A DNA stretch of 64,000 nt, taken from Polyangiales bacterium (GTDB lineage: Bacteria; Myxococcota_A; Polyangia; Polyangiales; JADJQN01). The notes under the pieces were generated by a model. It saw nothing but the letters and a program-made list of their open reading frames with translations, was not told where the DNA came from and ran no database searches. Of the stretch, positions 19,438 through 30,106 are shown one piece after another (the first letter of the stretch is position 1; each line of letters opens with the position of its first letter). A program made the position numbers and the translations under genes. Location: NCBI GenBank assembly GCA_964202905.1, contig CAXNJO010000001.1:64001-128000 (forward strand), read 5' to 3'.

Positions 19438-20084
19438 GACCCGGCGAGCAGCTCGTCGAGCTTCGTCCGGAGCGACGAGAGGTTCGAGGAAGCGCCGTTC
19501 TCGCGGTACACGATGGTGCCCGTCGAGTCGATGATGACCGTCGACGGAAGCGCGCCGTCGGGGAAGTAGATCTGCGTCTTCTGCGAGGGATCGTTGAGCT
19601 CGACGTTCGTCAGGCCGAACCGATCGACCCACGCCTGGCAGTACGCGTTGGAGGCCGCGCGGTAATCTTCGTCCTGGTACATGACCTGGATGATCCGCAC
19701 GCCCTGCGGCTCGTACTCGGCCTGGAGCGCCGGGAGCATCCCCGTCTCGTAGATGCAGGGGTTGCACCAGCCCGCGGCGATGCCGAGCACGGTGAAGCGC
19801 GCGCTGCAGAAATCCTCGTTGTAGATCGCGTACGGCGAGCCGTCGCACTGGTCGAGCGTGAGCGGCCGGAACTTCGAACCGACGCGCGTCGCGAAGCCGT
19901 CCGCCGGGACGCGCGACTGGCACGAGAGGGCGATGGCGCCGCCGCCGTCGCTCGCGCCGAGATCGACGGCGATGCCCGCGTCCGCCGCCGGCGTCGCAGG
20001 ATCCTCTTCCTTGCAGCCGGGGAGACCGGCGAGTCCGGCGAGCGCGAGCAGGACGAGCGGAGAGAAGCGCAGGGACTTCGACAT
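19434..20084 (-). CDS. Thioredoxin-fold (TlpA-like) lipoprotein (216 aa)
   Basis: Lipobox LPGC-KEED; AAGWCNPC active site; LPSTVIIDSTG cis-Pro loop. Confidence 0.85.
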   Translation of the reverse strand: MSKSLRFSPLVLLALAGLAGLPGCKEEDPATPAADAGIAVDLGASDGGGAIALSCQSRVPADGFATRVGSKFRPLTLDQCDGSPYAIYNEDFCSARFTVLGIAAGWCNPCIYETGMLPALQAEYEPQGVRIIQVMYQDEDYRAASNAYCQAWVDRFGLTNVELNDPSQKTQIYFPDGALPSTVIIDSTGTIVYRENGASSNLSSLRTKLDELLAGS

Positions 20085-20241
20085 GGACGACACCTCGAGG
20101 GAAGGGCGCGCGCGACCGCGCGGGCGAAGCGGACCGGGGCTGTGACTGTCCCACGCTTTGCGCGTGGACGGGAAGGAATGGCGCAGTCGAGTCGAGAGAA
20201 AGCAGGGCCCCGCGGCAGGACGCCCCGCTGCGTCGGGACGG

Positions 20242-21117
20242 TCAGCCCGCCGGGAGGCAGACGCCGTTCGTGAAGGTCTTGCTGTCGCCGCTCGAGAGGC
20301 CGAAGGTGCGGCGGCACTCGTAGCCCTCGCCCGCGCGGCAGTCGGCGTCCGCCTGGCAGCCGTCGAAGCAGGCGCCGAGGTCACCCTCGGCCTGCGCGTT
20401 GATCGCGGGGAAGCACACCGCGTCGCCGACGCAGGCGCCCGCGGGGAGCGTGTCGCCCGCGAAGAGATCGTTCGAGTTGTAGCCGCCCGGCAGGATGCAG
20501 TAGCTGACGCAGTAGCCACCGGAGAGGGTGGAGTCGGGCCCACCGAGGCAGAGGCCCGTCGCACAATCCGCATCACCATCACACGAGGCGCCGTAGCTGC
20601 CGCCCGAGCGCGGCGCGGTGCCCGCCGCCACGCAGCGGGCGGACGGCTCGTCGCACTCGGCGCCCTCGCCGCAATCGGCGTCACTGCCGCAGAGGCCGAT
20701 GCAGCGGCCGCCGCTCGGCGGGTACTCACCCTCGCAGGTGTACGCATTGCGCCCGCAGTCGAGGCCGTTCAGACAGCGCTGGGCGCAGAAGGTCGCGCCC
20801 GTGTCGTCCGGGAGGCAGTGGTGGTACGTGATGCCGTCGTCGCACTGCGTGCGGTCGAGGCAGGGGCGCGTGCACATGCCCTTCGGGAAGCCGTCGACCC
20901 CGCGGCGGCACACGGCGCCTTCGCCCGGGCACTGCGCGTCGGTGACGCAGGCGCCGAACAGCGTGCTCGGCTGCGGGCCGAGATCGGGCGCGCCGGCGTC
21001 GGGGGCCGGGGGCGGCGCGTCGTCGTCGTCGCCGCAGGCGCCGAGCGCGAGGAGCGCGGAGAAGAGGATCGCGGCGCGCGCGAAGGGACGGAGAGCGAGC
21101 GGGCGGAGGCTGCGCAT
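20242..21117 (-). CDS. Cys-rich lipoprotein (291 aa)
   Basis: Lipobox LGAC-GDDDDAPPP; repeated C..DADC / G..C modules. Confidence 0.82.
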   Translation of the reverse strand: MRSLRPLALRPFARAAILFSALLALGACGDDDDAPPPAPDAGAPDLGPQPSTLFGACVTDAQCPGEGAVCRRGVDGFPKGMCTRPCLDRTQCDDGITYHHCLPDDTGATFCAQRCLNGLDCGRNAYTCEGEYPPSGGRCIGLCGSDADCGEGAECDEPSARCVAAGTAPRSGGSYGASCDGDADCATGLCLGGPDSTLSGGYCVSYCILPGGYNSNDLFAGDTLPAGACVGDAVCFPAINAQAEGDLGACFDGCQADADCRAGEGYECRRTFGLSSGDSKTFTNGVCLPAG

Positions 21118-21383
21118 CAGGGGGATCGATGGTCGTGCGCGCGTGCGCGGATGTCAAACACTGTCGTAGGAATCCCTTGGAGATTCGGGCATGATCGCCG
21201 CTCGGCGCGCCGTCCGCGCCTCCCCGGGACCCCATGAACCTGCGCGCACGCTTCCCCTTCTCGTCTCCGATCTCCGCGCTCTTCGCCGCCACGTGTCTTT
21301 GCGCGCTGCCCGCCTGCGGCGACGACGACGACGCGCCGCCGCCGCCCCCCCCGGCACCGGACGCCGGCGAGCCCGATCTCGGC
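20977..21383. repeat. Inverted repeat pair flanking a divergent promoter
   Basis: 21011-21040 is the exact reverse complement of 21311-21340 (30 bp); 20977-21000 vs 21360-21383 match 23/24. Confidence 0.9.
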
Positions 21384-22853
21384 GCGCCCGACCTCGGGCC
21401 GATGTACGCCCCCGGCACGACCTGCGACGACCCGCACGTCCTCAGCGGCGCGATGGCCTCGATCTCCTTCGACGTCACGGGCGAGCCGCCCGGCATGCGC
21501 GACATCGGCTTCGATTGCGGCAGCCAGGAGGCCGCGCGCTGGGCGCCCCAGCACGTCGTCGCGTACACGGTGCCCGGCACCGGGCTGCAGCGCGTGTCGT
21601 TCACGACGGTGAACACGGGCACGGGGCGCCGGGTCGACACCGTCGTGCAGGTGCGCCGCGACTGCGAGCGCATCCCGTCGTCGTTCCCCGCGTCGTGCTT
21701 CGACAACACCTCGCAGACCGAGCTGCGCAGCACGGGCGGCACGAGCGCGATGGGCGGCGACACGCTGTTCTTCATCGTGACGACCTTCGCGGAGACGCCG
21801 GCCACGGGCTGGAGCGATCGCGGCCCCATCGCGTTCACGATCGAGTCGCAGCCGGCCTCGGCGCCCACGGTGAGCGCGGGCAGCGTCTACGTCATCGGCA
21901 CGCGCGTCGAGTTCAACGCGACGGGCATGGACGCGGACGGTGACGCGCTCGGCGTCCGCGCCGTGTTCCTCGACGCGGCGGGCGACGCCGTCGACCTCGA
22001 TCGCAGCGGCGTGACCGACGAGAACGACGTGTCGAAGCTCGTCTTCTCGCCGTCGGTCGGCACCGCGACGAGCTTCTCCGGCACGGCCGTCTTCCCCGGC
22101 CTCACGGAGTTCATCGACGGCGCGCCGACGCGCGCGACGCAGGTCGACCTCACCGTCTACGACCGCGGCTACGCGGTGAGCGCGCCGCTGCGCATCCCGC
22201 TCGCCGAGGCCACCGAGGTCGGCACCGGCGCGATGTGCGCGGAGCTCGTCCGCTGCCTCACACCGCTCGTCTGCGAGATGGGCGCCTGCGCCGTCCCGGC
22301 TGATTACGTCGGCTATTGCGCCGCCGCCACGCCGATCGCGATCACCCCGCCCACCGACGCGACGACCACCGCGACCGTGCGCGGCAACGTCGGCACCGGC
22401 GGCCCGGACCGCTTCGCCCCCGCGCTCTGCACGACGCCCGACACGGGCGCTCCGCTCCGCGTCGAGGGAGACGAGGTCCTCTACACGGTCACGGTGCCGG
22501 ACGGCACCTTCGACCTCACCGCGCGCACCAACGTCGCGGCGACGCCCACCGCGAACGACACCATCGTCTACGTGCGCCGCGGCTGCGCGGACCCGGGCGA
22601 CGAGGTCGGCTGCAACGACGACGTGGACAGGAGGGCTAGGGACTACCGCTCGCGCGTCGACGTGCGGAACGTGACCGGCGGCACGTACACCGTGTTCGTC
22701 GAGCCGTTCCAGGCCGGCGAGCCGACCGCGTTCACGCTCGAAGTCAGCCTGCGTCCGGTGCTCGGCGCCGGCGCGGCCTGTGACCCGGCGCAGCTGCGCA
22801 ACCGCTGCAGCACGGGTGCGTGCCGCTCGGGCGCGACGCCGACCTGCCCGTGA
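21234..22853 (+). CDS. Lipoprotein with two PPC-like beta-sandwich domains (539 aa)
   Basis: Lipobox LPAC-GDDDDAPPP; DTVVQVRRDC...CFDN and DTIVYVRRGC...CNDD...GTYTVFVE motifs. Confidence 0.8.
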   Translation: MNLRARFPFSSPISALFAATCLCALPACGDDDDAPPPPPPAPDAGEPDLGAPDLGPMYAPGTTCDDPHVLSGAMASISFDVTGEPPGMRDIGFDCGSQEAARWAPQHVVAYTVPGTGLQRVSFTTVNTGTGRRVDTVVQVRRDCERIPSSFPASCFDNTSQTELRSTGGTSAMGGDTLFFIVTTFAETPATGWSDRGPIAFTIESQPASAPTVSAGSVYVIGTRVEFNATGMDADGDALGVRAVFLDAAGDAVDLDRSGVTDENDVSKLVFSPSVGTATSFSGTAVFPGLTEFIDGAPTRATQVDLTVYDRGYAVSAPLRIPLAEATEVGTGAMCAELVRCLTPLVCEMGACAVPADYVGYCAAATPIAITPPTDATTTATVRGNVGTGGPDRFAPALCTTPDTGAPLRVEGDEVLYTVTVPDGTFDLTARTNVAATPTANDTIVYVRRGCADPGDEVGCNDDVDRRARDYRSRVDVRNVTGGTYTVFVEPFQAGEPTAFTLEVSLRPVLGAGAACDPAQLRNRCSTGACRSGATPTCP

Positions 22854-23998
22854 TCACGAGGGCGCGCGCCTCGCTCCGCGGGGCGTGCGCGCTTTGGTCG
22901 CTCGCTGCGTGCATCGCCGCCTGCGGCGCGCGCACCGGGGTCGATGTGCCTGCATTCGTCGATCTCGGCGTCGTGGTCGCCGACGCGGATGCCGACGCCG
23001 GCCTCGACGCCGGAGCCGACGATCTCGGGCTCGTCGACGCGAGCTCGCGACGACGGACGCGGACATCGCGCTCGACGCGGGCTGCACGCAGCGACGAGAC
23101 CTGCGAGGACGACGTCGCCTGCACGCGCGCGCGCTGCGTCGACGGGCGCTGCGTGATCACGCCGGACGACCTCGCCTGCGACGACGGCCTGATGTGCACC
23201 GGCACCGAGCGCTGCGATGTGTTCCTCGGTTGTGTGACGACGCCACCCGCGTGCGCCGACGCCATCGCGTGCACCGTCGACGCCTGCGACGCGCGCGCGG
23301 ACGCGTGCACGAACACCCCCGACGACGCGCGCTGCCCGATCAGCCACCGCTGTGATCCGCGCCGCGGCTGCGTCGCGCGCGTGCTCGCGATCGACGTCTC
23401 CGGCGGGCTCTACGACGTCGAGGTGCCCTCAGGCGAGACGCGCTCGATCGGCCGCACCGATACGGTGCTCGCGGACATCGCGCTCGCCGCGGACGGCACC
23501 TTCTACGGCGCGACCTTCCGCGCCGTCGTGCGCGTGGACGCGACCACCGGCGCGACGAGCCCGCGCGCGACGATCGAGACGGGGCGCTTCAACGCGCTCG
23601 ACTTCGCGCCGGACGGCACGCTCTACGGCGCGGGGGGCGATCGCGTCGTGCGCATCGACCCCGCGTCGGGCGCCGTCGACCCCGTCGCGACGCTCCCCTC
23701 GGGCACGATCTCGAGCGGCGACCTCGCCTTCCTCCCGGACGGACGGATGCTCCTCACGATCACGCGCACCGGCGGCACGACGACGCCGGACGAGCTCTTC
23801 GAGGTGCCGCTCGACGGCCGCGCACCGCGCCTCGTCGGCACCATGGGCCACGCCTGCGTCTGGGGCCTCGCCGCCTTCGGGACGACGCTCTACGGGCTCA
23901 CCTGCAACGGCGACGTCGTGCGCGTCGACCCGGCGACGGGCGGCTCACGCAGCCTCTCGAGCGCGCGGGCCCGCTTCGGCGGCGCCGCGGCGCGCTGA
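22850..23998 (+). CDS. Lipoprotein with Cys-rich repeats and C-terminal beta-propeller (382 aa; short compensated frameshift inside)
   Basis: GTGA overlap; IAAC-GARTGV; CDDGLMCTGTERC / CADAIACTVDAC repeats; DIALAADGTFYG, ALDFAPDGTLYG, SGDLAF blades. Confidence 0.8.
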   Translation: MITRARASLRGACALWSLAACIAACGARTGVDVPAFVDLGVVVADADADAGLDAGADDLGLVDASSRRRTRTSRSTRAARSDETCEDDVACTRARCVDGRCVITPDDLACDDGLMCTGTERCDVFLGCVTTPPACADAIACTVDACDARADACTNTPDDARCPISHRCDPRRGCVARVLAIDVSGGLYDVEVPSGETRSIGRTDTVLADIALAADGTFYGATFRAVVRVDATTGATSPRATIETGRFNALDFAPDGTLYGAGGDRVVRIDPASGAVDPVATLPSGTISSGDLAFLPDGRMLLTITRTGGTTTPDELFEVPLDGRAPRLVGTMGHACVWGLAAFGTTLYGLTCNGDVVRVDPATGGSRSLSSARARFGGAAAR

Positions 23999-24023
23999 GG
24001 CACGGCCCGCTGCGCTCCATCTG

Positions 24024-24047
24024 AAAACCCCGTGAACGCGGGGATTT
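24024..24047. terminator. Putative bidirectional intrinsic terminator
   Basis: aaaa-ccccg-tgaacg-cgggg-attt between convergent stops at 23998 and 24061. Confidence 0.5.
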
Positions 24048-24060
24048 GCGGCGCGTCGCC

Positions 24061-24906
24061 TCAGCGCTCGCGCGCGGCGAGCACGCCGACGTCGTCGCTG
24101 CCGCGCCCCTGCGCGAGCAGGACGTCCATCCGCGCGGCGAGCCCGGCGAGCACCGCGCTCGGCGCGTCGCCGAGCGACTCGAGCATGAGGCGCACGTCCT
24201 TGCGCGCGACCTCGAGCGCGAACGACGGCGCGAAGTCGAGCGCGGCCATCTTCGGACCGCGCAGCTGCACGATCCCCGAAGGCTGGAAACGCTGGAAGAC
24301 GGTGAGGGCCTCCGAGCGCGGCAGTCCGAGCGAGTCGGCCATGCCGAGGCAGTCCGCGAGCGCCCCGCACATCGCGAGGATCATCGCGTTGCCGAAGAGC
24401 TTGTAGGCCGCCGCGAGGTCGGCGCGCTCGCCGACGTGCCAGAGATCGCCCGTCATCGGCGCGAGGTCCGCCTCGAGCGCCGTGAAGCGCGCCGTCGGCC
24501 CGGCGACCATCATGATGCCCTTCGCCACACGCGCGCCGCCGGGCGACATGAACACCGGCGCGTGCAGGAAGGCGACGCCCTCGCGCTCGAGCCGCGCCGC
24601 GCGCTCGGCCGTGCGCTCGGGGAGCGTCGTCGTGTGGTCGATGACGCACGCGCCGGGCGCGAGCGCGCCGAGCGACGCCGCGAGCACCGCGTCGACCGCG
24701 TCGTCGTCGGTGAGCACGAGGTGCACGCGCGAGGCGCCGCGCACCGCGTCGGCGGGCGTCGCCGCGACCTGCGCGCCGAGCGCGCCGAGGGGCGCGGCCT
24801 TGTCCGCGCTGCGGTTCCACACCGAGAGCGGGACACCGCGGCCGAGCAGGGCCTGTGCGAAGCCGGTGCCGAGGAGACCCGTTCCGAGGAGCGCGACGTG
24901 CGTCAT
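24061..24906 (-). CDS. NAD(P)-dependent 3-hydroxyisobutyrate/beta-hydroxyacid dehydrogenase family
   Basis: VALLGTGLLG Rossmann motif, VWNRS, DHTT, HAPVFM, YKLFGN, KDVRLM. Confidence 0.9.
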   Translation of the reverse strand: MTHVALLGTGLLGTGFAQALLGRGVPLSVWNRSADKAAPLGALGAQVAATPADAVRGASRVHLVLTDDDAVDAVLAASLGALAPGACVIDHTTTLPERTAERAARLEREGVAFLHAPVFMSPGGARVAKGIMMVAGPTARFTALEADLAPMTGDLWHVGERADLAAAYKLFGNAMILAMCGALADCLGMADSLGLPRSEALTVFQRFQPSGIVQLRGPKMAALDFAPSFALEVARKDVRLMLESLGDAPSAVLAGLAARMDVLLAQGRGSDDVGVLAARER

Positions 24907-25002
24907 GGCGCGCAGGGTCGCGGACCCAACCGGGTGACGCAAGGGCCACGCGCGGCGACCGCGCTCGCGACGCGCCGCGGGAGCGCGTAGGCTCGCGCCC
25001 GC

Positions 25003-26946
<1,944 letters not shown>

Positions 26947-26986
26947 CGTCGCCCGGCGTCGCGCGCGCGGGCCATGCGCCGGGACG

Positions 26987-29587
26987 CTACGACTTCGTGA
27001 AGAGGAGCTGCCCGTCGGGCGCGACGTCGACGCGCACGGTGTCCCCGGGGCCGTAGCCGCCGCGCAGGACCTCCTCGGCGAGCGGGTCTTGCAGGTACTT
27101 GAGGATCACGCGCTTCAGCGGGCGCGCGCCGAAGGCCGGCTCGTAGCCGAGCTCGGTGATGCGGTCCTTCGCGGCGTCGCTGATCTCGAGCCCGAGCCGC
27201 CGCTCGGCGAGCAGGCGCCCGAGCCCGCGCAGCTGGATGTCCGCGATCCCGCGCAGATCCTGCTTCGAGAGCCGATCGAAGATCACGACGTCGTCGATGC
27301 GGTTGATGAACTCGGGGCGGAAGCTGCCGCGCAGGATCGCCTGCATCTTCTCGCGGAGCGCGTCGGCGTCGCCCTCGTGGTCGAGGATCGCGTGCCCGCC
27401 GACGTTGCTCGTCATGATGATCACGGTCTCGCTGAAGTTCGCGAGGTTGCCGCGCGAGTCGGTGAGGCGGCCGTCGTCGAGCACCTGCAAAAGGATGTTG
27501 AAGACGTCGGGGTGCGCCTTCTCGAGCTCGTCGAAGAGCACGACGCTGTACGGGCGGCGACGCACGGCCTCGGTGAGGAAGCCGCCCTCCTCGCTGTCGA
27601 CGTAGCCGGGCGGCGAGCCGATCAGCCGCGCGACCGTGTGCTTCTCCATGAACTCGCTCATGTCGAGGCGGGTCATGGCCGTCTCGTCGTCGAAGAGGAA
27701 CTCGGCGAGCGCCTTCGCCGCCTCCGTCTTGCCGACGCCCGTCGGCCCGAGGAAGAGGAAGGAGCCGATGGGCTTCTTCGGGTCGCGCAGCCCCACGCGG
27801 CCGCGGCGCACGGCCTTCGACACGGCCCGCAGCGCGGCCTCCTGGCCGATGACGCGCCGCGTCAAACGCTCCTCCATGTGGAGCAGCTTCTCGGCCTCGC
27901 CCTCGAGCATCTTCGCGACCTGCACGCCCGTCCACGCGCTCACGACGGCGGCGACGTCCTGGTCGGAGACGACGTCGCGGACCATCCCCGGCCCCGCCGC
28001 GTCGCGCTGCTTCACGAGCTCGGCGAGGCGCTTCTCGAGCGCGGGCAGCGTGCCGAAGCGCAGCCCGTCCGCGCGCTCCGTCTCGCCCGCGGCCCGCGCC
28101 GCGCCCTCGTCGCGCTGCGCCGCGGTGAGCTCCTCGCGCGCATGACGCAGGGCAGCGAGCCCGGCGAGCTCCACCTGCCAGCGGGCGCGCAGCTCGGCGA
28201 CGCGCGGCTCGAGCGCGCCGAGCTCACGCGCGAGCGCCTCGCGCGCCTGCGCGCTCGCGTCGTCGGTGTCGTCCTCGAGCGAGACGAGCTGCACGCGCAG
28301 CGTCTCGATGCGGCGCGCGGCGCTGTCGAGGTCGGCGGGGACGCTGTCGTTCTCGACGCGCACGCGCGCCGCGGACTCGTCGATGAGGTCGATGGCCGAG
28401 CGCGGGAGCGAGACGCGCGGCACGTAGCGCCGCGCGAAGTTCGCCGCCGCGACGAGCGCCGGATCCGAGATGCGCACGCCCTGCGCGAGCTCGAAGCGCG
28501 AGACGACGCCGCGCAGGATGGCGAGCGTCTCCTCGGGCGTCGGCGGGGCGATGGCGATCTGCACGAAGCGCCCCACGAGCGGCCCCTCCTCGAGCGACTT
28601 CTTCACGGCGCCCGGCGTCCCGACGGCGATGACGCGCAGCTCGCCGCGCACGAGCGCGGTGCTGAGCATCTCCGCGGCGCCACGCTCGCCCGCGAGCTGC
28701 GCGACCTCAGGCACGAAGAGGATCACCTCGCCCGCCGCGTCGCGGACGGCGTCGAGCACCGCGCGCATCCGCTCCTCGAGCTCGCCGCGCAGCTTCGCGC
28801 CGGCGATGAGCTGCCCCAGCTCGAGCGCGACGAGCCGCTTGCCCTGGAGCATCCCCGGCACGTCGCCGCGCGCCATGCGCTGCGCGAGCGCGTGCACGAT
28901 CGCCGTCTTGCCGATGCCCGACTCGCCCACGAGCAGCGGGTGGTTGTCGGTGCGCCGCGCGAGCACCTGCAACATGCGCCGCAGCTCCGCGTCGCGGCCC
29001 ACGGTGCGGTCGAGCCGGCCCTGCGCGGCGAGCGCGGTGAGGTCGCGCCCGTAGCGCGCGAGCACGTTGCCAGTGGGCTTGCCCGCGCCCGGCGGCGAGG
29101 GCCGACGACCGAGGCCGAACCGCGCGCGCGCGGAGTCGGCGTCGACCGACTGCCCCGCGATCGTCGCGCGGAGGATCGGCGCCGAAAGACCGAGCGCCTT
29201 CAGCACCGTCGAGACCGGGCCGCTCGTCTCCTGCGCGCTCGCGACGAAGAGGCTCGGCACGTCGACGGACTGCCCGCCCGCCCGCGCGGCCTCGCCCTCG
29301 GCGCGCGCGAGGAGCTCGAGCATGCGCGGCGAGAGGTACGCGACGGACCCCGGCAGGCGCGGCAGGCGGCGGAGCTGCGACTCGGCCTCGACGAGCGCGT
29401 CGGCCGCGTCGACGCCCGCGCGCTCGAGCGCGGACTGCGCGGACGCATCGCGCTCGACGAGCCGGTAGAACAGGTGCACCGGCTCGACCTCGCCGTGCTT
29501 GCGCTCGTCGGCGAGCGCCTGCGCGGAGGCGATGAGGGCGCGGGCCTCGCGGGTGTACGCCTCCAACTGCAGGGTGAGCTGGGTCAT
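26987..29587 (-). CDS. clpB: ClpB-like Hsp100 AAA+ chaperone (866 aa) with degenerate NBD1
   Basis: Clp N-domain, GESGIGKT, coiled-coil M-domain, NBD2 GPTGVGKT / LFDELEKAHPDVFNILLQVLDDGRLTD / FRPEFINRID / GARPLKR; no IGF loop. Confidence 0.88.
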   Translation of the reverse strand: MTQLTLQLEAYTREARALIASAQALADERKHGEVEPVHLFYRLVERDASAQSALERAGVDAADALVEAESQLRRLPRLPGSVAYLSPRMLELLARAEGEAARAGGQSVDVPSLFVASAQETSGPVSTVLKALGLSAPILRATIAGQSVDADSARARFGLGRRPSPPGAGKPTGNVLARYGRDLTALAAQGRLDRTVGRDAELRRMLQVLARRTDNHPLLVGESGIGKTAIVHALAQRMARGDVPGMLQGKRLVALELGQLIAGAKLRGELEERMRAVLDAVRDAAGEVILFVPEVAQLAGERGAAEMLSTALVRGELRVIAVGTPGAVKKSLEEGPLVGRFVQIAIAPPTPEETLAILRGVVSRFELAQGVRISDPALVAAANFARRYVPRVSLPRSAIDLIDESAARVRVENDSVPADLDSAARRIETLRVQLVSLEDDTDDASAQAREALARELGALEPRVAELRARWQVELAGLAALRHAREELTAAQRDEGAARAAGETERADGLRFGTLPALEKRLAELVKQRDAAGPGMVRDVVSDQDVAAVVSAWTGVQVAKMLEGEAEKLLHMEERLTRRVIGQEAALRAVSKAVRRGRVGLRDPKKPIGSFLFLGPTGVGKTEAAKALAEFLFDDETAMTRLDMSEFMEKHTVARLIGSPPGYVDSEEGGFLTEAVRRRPYSVVLFDELEKAHPDVFNILLQVLDDGRLTDSRGNLANFSETVIIMTSNVGGHAILDHEGDADALREKMQAILRGSFRPEFINRIDDVVIFDRLSKQDLRGIADIQLRGLGRLLAERRLGLEISDAAKDRITELGYEPAFGARPLKRVILKYLQDPLAEEVLRGGYGPGDTVRVDVAPDGQLLFTKS

Positions 29588-29659
29588 CGGGCGCGCAGGA
29601 TAGCGCGACATGCCCGGCTCGGACGGCTGCGCGCGTGATGCGACGCGCCGATCCGCGGA

Positions 29660-30106
29660 CTACGGCGCGCCCGCGTCCGTGCGGCCCGGGGTGCAGCGGC
29701 CCTCGGCGCACGCGCTCGGCGCGCAGGCAGGCAGGCCGGGCGGCACCGCCTCGAGCGCGGTGACGATCTCGGCGGGCCCCGCGAGCGGCAGCGCGCGCAC
29801 GACGCAACCGCGCGCGACGACCACGCACGACGCGTCGCGCGCCGTGGCCTCGAAGCCGAACGTGCCCTCGCCGATCTCGCCGAAGGGCGGCACCGACTCG
29901 TCGCGCGACACGTCCGCGTCGTAGACCACCGCGGTGCCTTCGCAGCCGTCGAGCAGCACGCGCAGGCGCACACGCACCGCGGTCGCGCCGACGACGCCGC
30001 CATCGCCTCCGAAACGCACGCGCCACACGGCGGGGCTCGCGTCGCCGCAGCCTGCGGCGAGCACGGCGAGGAGCCCGACGAGCGCCGCCGTCGCGCGCGC
30101 GCTCAC
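29660..30106 (-). CDS. Small lipoprotein (148 aa)
   Basis: GTGA overlap; LAAGC lipobox; Cys pairs. Confidence 0.7.
   Translation of the reverse strand: MSARATAALVGLLAVLAAGCGDASPAVWRVRFGGDGGVVGATAVRVRLRVLLDGCEGTAVVYDADVSRDESVPPFGEIGEGTFGFEATARDASCVVVARGCVVRALPLAGPAEIVTALEAVPPGLPACAPSACAEGRCTPGRTDAGAP

Noticed and set aside
26987..29587. ClpV/TssH of a type VI secretion system
   Set aside because: Has a ClpB-type M-domain and there are no T6SS genes in the window
27089..29638. 849-aa ORF antisense to clpB
   Set aside because: Typical antisense open frame produced by codon bias
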